Virus record (IMG/VR): IMGVR_UViG_3300025084_003544 | Coordinates: 1 to 57,323 of that record | DNA from: a virus | Lineage: Duplodnaviria > Caudoviricetes | DNA: 57,323 nt | Direction: 5' to 3' (one strand) | Shown: positions 1 to 8,627 of the stretch, piece by piece | Numbering within the stretch: the first letter of the stretch is position 1 | Layout: each line of letters begins with the position of its first letter | Program-made: the position numbers and the translations under genes | Notes under the pieces: model-generated | Database searches by the model: none | Told to the model about the DNA's origin: nothing | Seen by the model: only the letters and a program-made list of their open reading frames with translations

Positions 1-735
1 TTCGATATTCCATGATAAGAATGGACGAGGGTTATTAAACGTAACTGGCTTAATTGTATGACTCTTTTTGTTTTTTATGTTCCAAATAAGAATACCTTTG
101 TCGTCTGTCTCCCCAAAGTTCTGTTGAACCGTAGAGCCTGCATACCATATAGTTCTACGATCATTCAAGTATTGTCTTTGGTGGATATCGCCTAGCATTG
201 CATAGTCAAAATCTTCAAAGATGGAAATATCATGATCCCCATGAGTCATAGAGAATCCTGTATCTGTTTTAGAATATTGTACTGCTCCATGGTATAGAGC
301 GATGTTGATCTTGTCGTCATCTGTTGGTTCTGTCCAATTATCCTCATCGAATACCGAAAGTACATTTAGTACAACGCCGTCTCCAATGTCTGTTTCGCCT
401 GAATTCTTCAATAGGTGCAAGTTATCGTGATCCAAAGCATTGATGATTGGGGTGATCGCATCTTGACGTGAACTGTTCTTAAGGTTTCCATCGTGATTCC
501 CCAAGATAATATATGTTGGAGCAATCTCTCCTAAGTTATAAAAGAACTCAGAAGCCATCTCCACAAACTCAGGTGAGATCTGTGTTTTGGTGTGTGCTAT
601 ATCTCCACAATGTACGATATAATCAACCTTCTCATTTCGTAAGGTTTCATAAATTTGCGAAAAGATAACCTTATATTCATAATGGTACTTAAGATTGCGA
701 ATATGAGTGTCTGCGATGTGTGCTATTTTAATCAT
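1..735 (-). CDS. Mre11/SbcD (T4 gp47-like) metallophosphoesterase recombination nuclease, 3' end beyond the window
   Basis: Absent from the ORF track because it runs off the edge. Manual translation from ATG at 735 gives MIKIAHIADTH...CGDIAH...LGNHD...LYHG...LGDIH...YAGS, the full set of calcineurin-like phosphoesterase motifs, with an AGGAG RBS upstream. Confidence 0.92.
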   Translation of the reverse strand, partial: MIKIAHIADTHIRNLKYHYEYKVIFSQIYETLRNEKVDYIVHCGDIAHTKTQISPEFVEMASEFFYNLGEIAPTYIILGNHDGNLKNSSRQDAITPIINALDHDNLHLLKNSGETDIGDGVVLNVLSVFDEDNWTEPTDDDKINIALYHGAVQYSKTDTGFSMTHGDHDISIFEDFDYAMLGDIHQRQYLNDRRTIWYAGSTVQQNFGETDDKGILIWNIKNKKSHTIKPVTFNNPRPFLSWNIE

Positions 736-1268
736 TTTTTCTCCTGTTGGTTTGTGATTTCATTTCCCCATACTGTCCACCCTTCTCTTTCTTTCCTAGA
801 GAATAGTTCAAGGTATGGGCCGTAAGATCTAGACTCAATCCAAGTGAAAGATTCTTCCGGCTTTTGTGAGTGCCTCTGTCTCTTTGCATTGATCACTGAT
901 TCTAGTTTGTTGTTATCTTTCTTGACACTAGTATGTGTTTTACCTCTAGTACCGAACAATAACAATTCATGCTTTCCTCTAGCGTATTGCCCTAGTCCAA
1001 TTCTATCTTTCACCCACACTATATTGGTGACATATCGAAACCCTAAAGATTCCATCACCGTAAGTCCTTCTGATAGAAAGTTGTTTGTTACCCACAGATA
1101 CATGTGAGCATCATCTTCTAAACTATTCCAATACTCGCACTGTAATATCGTTCTTATGATATCTGGAGTCTTCATCAAGGGATAGTGCTTATCTGCACCT
1201 CTTTTGATCTTGCCTCCTCCTCTCTCGTTCCATGGCGGATCTATCATGATTGTTTTAAAAGTTTCCAT
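732..1268 (-). CDS. MT-A70 family N6-adenine methyltransferase
   Basis: DPPW catalytic motif, YLWVTN, WVK..IGLG.Y.RGKHELLLFG, HSQKP and YLELFSR...GW..WGNE are all typical of MT-A70. Confidence 0.93.
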   Translation of the reverse strand: METFKTIMIDPPWNERGGGKIKRGADKHYPLMKTPDIIRTILQCEYWNSLEDDAHMYLWVTNNFLSEGLTVMESLGFRYVTNIVWVKDRIGLGQYARGKHELLLFGTRGKTHTSVKKDNNKLESVINAKRQRHSQKPEESFTWIESRSYGPYLELFSRKEREGWTVWGNEITNQQEKK

Positions 1269-1339
1269 TTTTCCCTCCTGTTAATGTGTATTGTTTTGAA
1301 CATGTTCCCTCCTTTGTGTATAGAATATTGTTCATTGTG

Positions 1340-2275
1340 TTATAGAGACATAAGTTTTCTCCTGAGAATACAGTCTTGGTTGTCTCTCATCAAAACTGCA
1401 TTATTTTTGAGTTCTGCAAACGCTTCCTTACCAATAGAAGATACATCTTCTCCGGCAGGTATATCAATCTTCCAAACCTCAATGTCATACTTCAAAAGAG
1501 TATGAGTAATCTTCATAGCCTTCTTTTCCGCATCGGGATCCAATGCCACGAAAACACTTGAATCGTTCCTGATTATGTGTTGAAACAGTTTTGATTCTTC
1601 TCTTAGTGTAGAACCCAATAGCGCAACTGCGTTTCCTGCGCATATGGCATCAAACACTCCTTCGACTAGAATAACGTCTGAATCCCAATCGATGATTAGT
1701 TCATTAAAGATAATGTCTCTAGAAGCATTGGGATTTTTATAGCGCATCCAATGCCCATCATAAGTTCGAGCGATAAAATAGTTTACATACCCATCAACGT
1801 TGAATGAAGGGATGATGACTCTACCTTCAAATTCTCCTTCACTGCAATACCCAATCTTGTATCTTAGTAGATCACAAGACTCTAATCCACGATTATGTAA
1901 ATAAGATAAGGGTATATTATCAACTACTGATGTTTTGCCAGTAAGAGTCTTGAATTCTTCTGGAAGAGATATTACCTGCTCTTGTTCTGCTTCTTCTTCG
2001 GCGAACAGATTAAATTCTAACCTAGAATGATCTGTGACGCCAGATAACTTATCCCATTCTTTTAATTGTGTGAACGAACCGAAGCGACGAATAACACGTC
2101 TTATGCTTCTTCCCTTCGCATCACAAACCCAACACTTGAATACATTTCTTTCAAAGTTTAAAGAAAACTTTTTCTTGTGATGGTTGCAATATGGACATGT
2201 ATATAGATGTTCCGATGATTGTCTTTTGGGATAACCCAAAACGTCATTTACTAGTTTGATCTTCTCCGCTAACAT
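1340..2275 (-). CDS. Phage DNA primase (zinc finger plus TOPRIM)
   Basis: CPYC-x-H...CWVC zinc-binding domain, GRVIIP, YKNP, TOPRIM motifs LVEGVFD and ALDPDAE. Confidence 0.92.
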   Translation of the reverse strand: MLAEKIKLVNDVLGYPKRQSSEHLYTCPYCNHHKKKFSLNFERNVFKCWVCDAKGRSIRRVIRRFGSFTQLKEWDKLSGVTDHSRLEFNLFAEEEAEQEQVISLPEEFKTLTGKTSVVDNIPLSYLHNRGLESCDLLRYKIGYCSEGEFEGRVIIPSFNVDGYVNYFIARTYDGHWMRYKNPNASRDIIFNELIIDWDSDVILVEGVFDAICAGNAVALLGSTLREESKLFQHIIRNDSSVFVALDPDAEKKAMKITHTLLKYDIEVWKIDIPAGEDVSSIGKEAFAELKNNAVLMRDNQDCILRRKLMSL

Positions 2276-2804
2276 TTAACCCCTCTTTGTATAAGCAAAC
2301 TCCTGCATGTGCAATTACGATAGCATCTGCTATATCATCAGTACCCGGTTTTGGATTTCCGTGTCTTGTGAGTTCGTAAGTGAAACTAGGATATTTACTT
2401 TTTACTTGTTCGACAATATATGTCTTCTTCTTCTTTACGTTTCGGGGTACCGAAATATTCATTTTTTTTCTTGCTGTGTTTGCGTGGATTAATTCTGGTA
2501 TTATTAATGTTTCGTTGTATACGGCAAAACAACACATTCCATTGAATCTCTGAAGTTTTGACATTGTCTGAGCAGTTGTTCTACCTCCTCCAAACATCAT
2601 TGCAGGTTGCTCTACGTATATTCTACCAAAACCATACTTCTCAAAGAGTGCGTAGATCTCTCTCTTAAAGTTGTAACATCTAAATTCTAGTTCCATCTTA
2701 GAAGATAACTTAAGGTTTTTGTATTCGATAAGGTTTTTATCCAAATCCATTACTGCCATTCCTATGACAGAGGTGCTTATGTCAAGCCCTAGTATATAAG
2801 TCAT
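2244..2804 (-). CDS. RuvC-like Holliday junction resolvase
   Basis: ILGLDISTSVIG, IYVEQP and DDIADAIVIA acidic RNase H-fold motifs. Confidence 0.88.
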   Translation of the reverse strand: MTYILGLDISTSVIGMAVMDLDKNLIEYKNLKLSSKMELEFRCYNFKREIYALFEKYGFGRIYVEQPAMMFGGGRTTAQTMSKLQRFNGMCCFAVYNETLIIPELIHANTARKKMNISVPRNVKKKKTYIVEQVKSKYPSFTYELTRHGNPKPGTDDIADAIVIAHAGVCLYKEGLNVSGEDQTSK

Positions 2805-2811
2805 ATTTCTC

Positions 2812-3984
2812 CTATATGTCTAATTTTAATTTAAAACTGAATTCTCTGTCTTCTGTTTTCTTCACAGGCTTCGCTACTTTGGCGACGCCTAATACGTTCA
2901 TAAACTCATCATAAATCACTACTTTGGATATATAAGTATGCTTCTCAAAAGTCTCTTCATTGTTATCGTATGGACTGTATACAGTGTTTTTGATCAATGC
3001 TCTGTCATTCTCCAAATATAGTGTCCCAGATTGGACTGTTCCAGACGGATACAGGCTTTGATCATTCTGAAGGAATGTGGGATTATTTGAATGATTTAGT
3101 TCACCCTTTGGCGCATGAGCGTACATAGAAATAGTTGGCGTTGTTGTTTCGCCTTGAAATGATATGCTGCTGTGAGAGCCTGTCATCGGATCATTGTCAA
3201 ATCCACTAATTCCCGAACCCCAATAAATCCACTTAGTAGCCTTTTTGAGAGATATGTCGTTAATGTAGTTCCTCAATGTACTGTCTAGAGCCCATGATCC
3301 CGTCAGCACCACAAATCCTTCGTTATAAAGTACGACTCCGGCACATGAGCCTGAGCCTGTTGATCCAGAGGGAGCAACTTGAATTAACTCTCCGTTCTTC
3401 TTTATGTCTTGTAGTTGTCCAACCAAAGTACCGGTAATATAAAATTTAAGATCCATAGTACCTTTCTTGATCCTGTTTCCATAGAAGATAGAAGGTATGC
3501 TTATCAGATTTGCCTCTTGAGTACTTTTATCTCCCAATGCTCCACTGAATTCATAATGACTGGATATGTTTCTATAATGGTTCAGGGTATTCTGAAGAGC
3601 GTTTAGATGAATTCTATCTGATGATTGTGAATAATAGTTTCTATACAGTGATGATGACATCGGGTATGAGCCGGTTATCACATCCCCATATGCAAATGAT
3701 TGTGCAAACTGAGTTGTACTAACAGTTGCAAACGACTGCAATGAGCCATCTTTCGTTATAAAAGGGTATATAAAATTATTTGAACCTGACAACTTATCAT
3801 TGTTAATCTCGTATAAAGAGATATATCCCGATGGAACGTTTAAACTCTGCGCACTGAAAGAGCCAGAATCTGATTTTTGATTGTTTATGTATAACGTGCC
3901 AGAGTAAGCAGTAAACTCATACTTTGGATACAGTTTCAAACTGTTAACAAATATTTCTTTTTCGTCAAATTTAAATATACTCAT
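2812..3984 (-). CDS. Putative virion (baseplate-associated) protein, paralog of 4585..5688
   Basis: Shares its C-terminal block (NHSNNPTF...YISKVVIYDE..NVLGVAKVAKPVKK...LKLD) with 4585..5688 and is Ser/Gly-rich. The ATG at 3984 is preferred over the TTG at 4008, which lies inside a promoter motif. Confidence 0.65.
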   Translation of the reverse strand: MSIFKFDEKEIFVNSLKLYPKYEFTAYSGTLYINNQKSDSGSFSAQSLNVPSGYISLYEINNDKLSGSNNFIYPFITKDGSLQSFATVSTTQFAQSFAYGDVITGSYPMSSSLYRNYYSQSSDRIHLNALQNTLNHYRNISSHYEFSGALGDKSTQEANLISIPSIFYGNRIKKGTMDLKFYITGTLVGQLQDIKKNGELIQVAPSGSTGSGSCAGVVLYNEGFVVLTGSWALDSTLRNYINDISLKKATKWIYWGSGISGFDNDPMTGSHSSISFQGETTTPTISMYAHAPKGELNHSNNPTFLQNDQSLYPSGTVQSGTLYLENDRALIKNTVYSPYDNNEETFEKHTYISKVVIYDEFMNVLGVAKVAKPVKKTEDREFSFKLKLDI

Positions 3985-3990
3985 AATTCT

Positions 3991-4018
3991 TATACGTTTG
4001 AATCGCAATAAATATTCA
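3991..4018 (-). promoter_or_regulatory. Bipartite promoter motif TGAATA-N11-TCAAACGTATA, copy 1
   Basis: Same elements as three other sites; ends 6 nt upstream of the ATG at 3984. Confidence 0.8.
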
Positions 4019-4585
4019 TTTTTTATTGCATGTTAACTTGCAGTAATTAGTTAGAACTAATTGTTTATTTGAGTTAGGCTCAGAATAAATCCATTCGTAT
4101 GTTATAACTATGCCTTCTATTACTGCTCTAGACTTTTGTATTTCCGTTTTAAGCCACTCTAAGTGCATTGGAGTATGTTCTCCTACCTCAATGCCTAAAG
4201 TCTCAGACAACTCATATAGAGTGTACCAGTCACCCTCTTGCATTGCTTTGGATGCTTTCTTGAACATAGAGGTTTTATCCAAATCATGATGTATATCAGG
4301 GTGTGTTTTCTTCGCTATTTTCCTGTACATCTCTTTGTTTTGGTTAGCCAGTTCAGTATCCTTTTTAACTATCATACTTTTCTCTTTCGGCTTATAGACG
4401 TCCTTCATCTTTTGCACTGTCTTTTTCTCTGAGAATACAAACTCTGTATCTTCCATGAACTTTTCTAGATCTTCATAGAACAAAGCACGTCTTAAGACGT
4501 GTTCTGCCCTGTGGTATTCTAGATCCGATTTAAGAAACGATAGTTCTTTAACCAGCCTCTTGAAACGTAAGCCCTCTACGGACAT
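4016..4585 (-). CDS. J-domain (DnaJ-like) protein
   Basis: MYRKIAKKTHPD...MFKKASKA matches helix II, the HPD motif and helix III of a J domain. Confidence 0.75.
   Translation of the reverse strand: MSVEGLRFKRLVKELSFLKSDLEYHRAEHVLRRALFYEDLEKFMEDTEFVFSEKKTVQKMKDVYKPKEKSMIVKKDTELANQNKEMYRKIAKKTHPDIHHDLDKTSMFKKASKAMQEGDWYTLYELSETLGIEVGEHTPMHLEWLKTEIQKSRAVIEGIVITYEWIYSEPNSNKQLVLTNYCKLTCNKK
4044..4051 (-). promoter_or_regulatory. ACTAATTA motif (putative late promoter)
   Basis: Exact copy of the motif, about 60 nt upstream of the ATG at 3984 and inside the end of the J-domain gene. Confidence 0.4.
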
Positions 4586-5688
4586 TAGTAATCCAATCTA
4601 ACTCGTAATGTCAATTCGTTTGACGGATCTTTCTTGAGAGCCTCAGATAATTTTGCTACTGCTAGTAATTCATTGTCTGCTGAATAAAGCCCAACTGTTG
4701 AGATATAAGATACAGGAGTATCGGAAGCGTTATTCTTGACAACTAGTTTAGATGAACTCAAGTAAGTTGGATTAGTTGAATAGTTAAACTCATTATGGTG
4801 AGCACGACAGAAATATACAGTCGAGTTTAGTTCTGTTGTGTTATTGAATTCGACATTATACATTCTTTGTCTAAGAGAATCGCATGATGCTGATATCGCT
4901 CCAGATACAAAAAGTTGCGTAACTGTCTGTGCGCCAGAGTTCATTTCACTAGAACTTGCTGCGTTAGTCAGCATTCCGCCATCTGCTGCATCTAAGAACA
5001 CAGATGCCGTAATAACTGCGATACCGGCTTGATAGAACAAGAGTCCTGCCTTTTGAGTGCCGTCATCTGTAGTCAAGTTTGTTCCTACTGTAGAATCCGC
5101 ATATAGAATTCCGTAGTCTCCAGCAGGAGAATTAACACGATAATCGTTCTGTGCATTGGTGTCTACTAGTTTAATCCTTTCTGCCGATACTCCATTCGAT
5201 TGATCAAAAGAAGCAGATGTACCTAGTTCTAAATTAAATGAACCTTTTTTAACTTCGTCTTTCGAAAGAAGTCTCGCAAAGTTTATGAAGAATACTTCAT
5301 TCATCTTGGTTCCACCAGTGAGATCTCCGTCTTCGTCGAATCTCCTGATGTTTCCATTTTCATCATAGCCCATAAGAACTTGTGCCATTTGGTTGTACAT
5401 GTTGATTTTTTTAGAAACCTGAACGTGTCCAGCACTAGTACCACTCAATGAAGAAGTAGCATGAAATCCCATTGCTACATCGAAAATATGATTTGCAGAA
5501 GAACTCAAGTAAGGATAATCATATACAGACTGAAACATGCCATGAGTATAATTTTTAATGTTCTTTTCTGTAGTACCACTAACATAAGTTCCACTGACGA
5601 TTGTTCCAGTAATAGGAATTGCTTCGTGTAATAGTGTCTTTGTAGTGACAATATCGTTTGTTGATAATGATTTATAAGTTGTAGCCAT
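4585..5688 (-). CDS. Putative virion (baseplate-associated) protein
   Basis: C-terminal YFCRA...FNYSTNPTY...YISTVGLY...ELLAVAKLS..LKK...LRVRLD resembles the C-terminal half of tail-collar/fibre-attachment domains; lies in the structural module. Confidence 0.65.
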   Translation of the reverse strand: MATTYKSLSTNDIVTTKTLLHEAIPITGTIVSGTYVSGTTEKNIKNYTHGMFQSVYDYPYLSSSANHIFDVAMGFHATSSLSGTSAGHVQVSKKINMYNQMAQVLMGYDENGNIRRFDEDGDLTGGTKMNEVFFINFARLLSKDEVKKGSFNLELGTSASFDQSNGVSAERIKLVDTNAQNDYRVNSPAGDYGILYADSTVGTNLTTDDGTQKAGLLFYQAGIAVITASVFLDAADGGMLTNAASSSEMNSGAQTVTQLFVSGAISASCDSLRQRMYNVEFNNTTELNSTVYFCRAHHNEFNYSTNPTYLSSSKLVVKNNASDTPVSYISTVGLYSADNELLAVAKLSEALKKDPSNELTLRVRLDY

Positions 5689-5708
5689 AATTTAATTCCT
5701 TTCCTTTA

Positions 5709-6626
5709 TTAAACTTTTTTGATGTATCTGACGGGCAACTCAACCGAATAGCCAGTTGTTGCACCCATAACTCTAATTATAGTATCGATTGCTTGATAAT
5801 TAACAGCATCGATAGTAATATTAGAAGAAAGCCCTATTTGATCAAATAGGAAAGTACTGTTCTGAAGATTGTCAGATGCTTTAACTGCAAAAGATAGTCT
5901 AGTACCTCTTCTACCTGCTACCGAAGAATCTCCTGCGACGTCGTTGGCAGAAATTTCTGTTACGAATCCAGAGTTGTTTCCACCAGATCCCATTGTAAAG
6001 TAGTAGGTTGCGATATTGTCATCATCTAAAAATGAAAACGAAGCAACACTAGACTCACCAGAAGCCCCAATGGAACCCAAACGGTGATCCATCTGAATAA
6101 TATATTGAGTTTCTTTTAAGTCCGGATCAATTTTGATAGTTGATGTTAAATCTGAAGTGTCAAGTCCTTGATCGAAAAAGATGCTAGTCGTATTGCTCTC
6201 TAAAGAGTAGCCATTCACAACACCAGTAGTATTAGAGCCTACAGATGTTATCGTATCATCGTCCACTGCAATCAAGTGCATACCATATGTAGCATGTCTG
6301 CTTCCCCCAGTAACTCCTTTATCTTCATTTAATTTAATAACCGGTAAATAAAGAAGATTAGATCTGGATATTGTAATCAATTTGCTCTTCATTGTTGAAG
6401 TATTGTTCGTAAATGCCTCTAAGACTGGAGTTTGCAATATTTCTAAATCATAATAAGCAGATCCACTTGCATGGTTCTTATTATAAAGTCCGTAATTGAT
6501 CTCATCGTCTCCTAGAGCGAACTTAGCGACGTTAAAACTACCATCACCTCTTGCTAATCTTTTTCTACCTGTGTCTGTCAAAACAGCGTCTAGGATGATA
6601 TCCCCAGAATTATCTAAAAAACCCAT
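5709..6626 (-). CDS. Putative virion protein
   Basis: N-terminal DAVLTDTGRKRLARG...KFALGDDEINY resembles the N-terminal half of tail-collar/fibre-attachment domains; preceded by two ACTATTTA motifs. Confidence 0.65.
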   Translation of the reverse strand: MGFLDNSGDIILDAVLTDTGRKRLARGDGSFNVAKFALGDDEINYGLYNKNHASGSAYYDLEILQTPVLEAFTNNTSTMKSKLITISRSNLLYLPVIKLNEDKGVTGGSRHATYGMHLIAVDDDTITSVGSNTTGVVNGYSLESNTTSIFFDQGLDTSDLTSTIKIDPDLKETQYIIQMDHRLGSIGASGESSVASFSFLDDDNIATYYFTMGSGGNNSGFVTEISANDVAGDSSVAGRRGTRLSFAVKASDNLQNSTFLFDQIGLSSNITIDAVNYQAIDTIIRVMGATTGYSVELPVRYIKKV

Positions 6627-6646
6627 ACTTTATTCCTCTTAATATG

Positions 6647-6671
6647 TAAATAGTATTTCATCATAAATAGT
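6647..6671 (-). promoter_or_regulatory. Tandem ACTATTTA motifs (putative late promoters)
   Basis: TAAATAGT on the + strand at 6647-6654 and 6664-6671, in the intergenic gap upstream of the ATG at 6626. Confidence 0.7.
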
Positions 6672-6684
6672 AAAACATTATCAT

Positions 6685-8616
6685 TTATGCTTTTATTACC
6701 TTATTCTTTTTGAACGTTACATTAATATCTATCAACTTCCCTGTATTTTTACTACGTATACGAAATTTAAACTTACGAAACTTCGCATCTGCTGAACCGT
6801 TGGATACCAGAATGTTATCTTCAGACACTCCAATATCTATGTGCTTACCTTCCACACTGTGCAAATTCGATGATGTTGATTTTGGCAGGAGGTACTGTCT
6901 AGGCGATAAGCCTATCTTGATATATTTTTTAAAACTTTTTTCTTTCTGTGCTGGAGGCTCTGGTTTTGCCAAAGATACAATCCGTATCTTAGGATATAAT
7001 GTCTCTCCTTCTTTTATTAATATAAACTCATAAATTGGCGAAGGATTCGAAACAAAGCCATTCTTGTCCTGAGTCCTGAACATATAGTAATATGTTTGAT
7101 TTGGCATGATAGTATCCTCATAAGCAGAAGAGTACGCATCGTTGGACTGAATAAGTTTATAATTTTCGTTCGAGAAGTCTTTGTATTCAACTGGCTTCTC
7201 TTTCAGCCTGAAGAATTCAAAGTCTGCAGGATCATCTGATTCAAATATGATTGGTTTGCCTTCTTCTATCTTCTGAGATAGGTATTGTTCTTTGAAATAT
7301 TCTGTATCAGAAGGGTTAATATAGACTGGGACTTCTGCTCTTTTGTCTATCATCTGGTTAAACAAAATCAAAACCTTGTTGTCTATTCCCCTGTATGTTA
7401 TTAATTCGACATCCGGTGATATGGGTGGTGAATCTAAAATAAATATATCTTCTCTGTAATATGGCTCTTCTACAAACACAACAGACATCGCTTCGCCACT
7501 AAAATTTTCAGCACTGATGGCTGGAACTTTTATCATATTTATGACTCGAACATCATAAGTATATTGTTCTCTGTATGCCACTTGGGTGTCAAAAAACATA
7601 AATGTCTCTAGTTCCGTATAGTTAAAAAAGTAGTGTGAACTGAACGGCTTGCCTTCATAATCATATTTCTCTAATCGAAATGCCACTGGATAAGCATTGC
7701 TAGCAGGCAAGTTGTCAATCATCTCTAGCGCTTTTGTTTTAAAGACTTGTGTTTTGAGAAAAGATTCGAAATACTCACAAGTAGTCTGTTCTTCGCTAGG
7801 CACACTGATTACTTTATCTGTTACCGTCTCTAGATAATCAATGAAGCCTTCATATTCGTATACGTGCAAGAGTGAAGATTTTGTACCCTCTTCTCTTCCA
7901 AACGCATACGTGTATTCTACTGGCTGAGTATACTTGGCGCTATCACGCATTGAAACTAAAAAATCTATAAATTCAACTTCTAATTCATATTGTTCCAAAA
8001 GATTGCAGATTTCTGTCTTTTCGACTCCTGTTATCTTTAGTTTAGAAAAAATGGGGAACATCTCTCTTTTGTTTTCTGCATCTGCATATAACTTGGACAC
8101 TCTCTTGTCGATAAACTCAGTCCGGCTATATCCCGGAAGTTCTTTTTTGCTGACTAAGATAGCGTCTGATAATGCGTCGTTTGATTCTAGATATCCCAGT
8201 GTCTGCCCCCTAAACATAAAAAAGTCCTTACTAAGGGTTCTATCCGGATTATCTATCTCCCCATTTCGCTTATAAGTCGTGAACATAAAATTTCTTATGT
8301 CTTCATTGATCATACGATTTTCCAATAATAACCAAGCGTTCAACGATGGCAATAGGAATAATTGATCTTGTCTGTGCAATTCTGTTGTAAGTCTTTGGTA
8401 CTCTGGAGCAAAATAATTATATTCATAATCAATGTCTGCATATAGTTTTTGCCCTATCCCTATGTCCAAAGCGGTGTCTGGAGATTGTGGAGTTTGCTCG
8501 TCTATCAAATTGAGATAGAGATCATTCCTTTCGTAAGGAGCCATGTAACTATGGTTCAAGTCGTATGAAGTGCCATTGACTTGTATCAAGTCTTGTTGTA
8601 ATGTATAATATTTCAT
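6685..8616 (-). CDS. Hypothetical protein, probably virion-associated, possible FN3/Ig-like segments
   Basis: 643-aa ORF in the structural module; FDTQV.Y...YTY and YEDTI.PN..YYYMFR look like FN3-type strand patterns. Confidence 0.5.
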   Translation of the reverse strand: MKYYTLQQDLIQVNGTSYDLNHSYMAPYERNDLYLNLIDEQTPQSPDTALDIGIGQKLYADIDYEYNYFAPEYQRLTTELHRQDQLFLLPSLNAWLLLENRMINEDIRNFMFTTYKRNGEIDNPDRTLSKDFFMFRGQTLGYLESNDALSDAILVSKKELPGYSRTEFIDKRVSKLYADAENKREMFPIFSKLKITGVEKTEICNLLEQYELEVEFIDFLVSMRDSAKYTQPVEYTYAFGREEGTKSSLLHVYEYEGFIDYLETVTDKVISVPSEEQTTCEYFESFLKTQVFKTKALEMIDNLPASNAYPVAFRLEKYDYEGKPFSSHYFFNYTELETFMFFDTQVAYREQYTYDVRVINMIKVPAISAENFSGEAMSVVFVEEPYYREDIFILDSPPISPDVELITYRGIDNKVLILFNQMIDKRAEVPVYINPSDTEYFKEQYLSQKIEEGKPIIFESDDPADFEFFRLKEKPVEYKDFSNENYKLIQSNDAYSSAYEDTIMPNQTYYYMFRTQDKNGFVSNPSPIYEFILIKEGETLYPKIRIVSLAKPEPPAQKEKSFKKYIKIGLSPRQYLLPKSTSSNLHSVEGKHIDIGVSEDNILVSNGSADAKFRKFKFRIRSKNTGKLIDINVTFKKNKVIKA

Positions 8617-8627
8617 TTAATTCGCTC

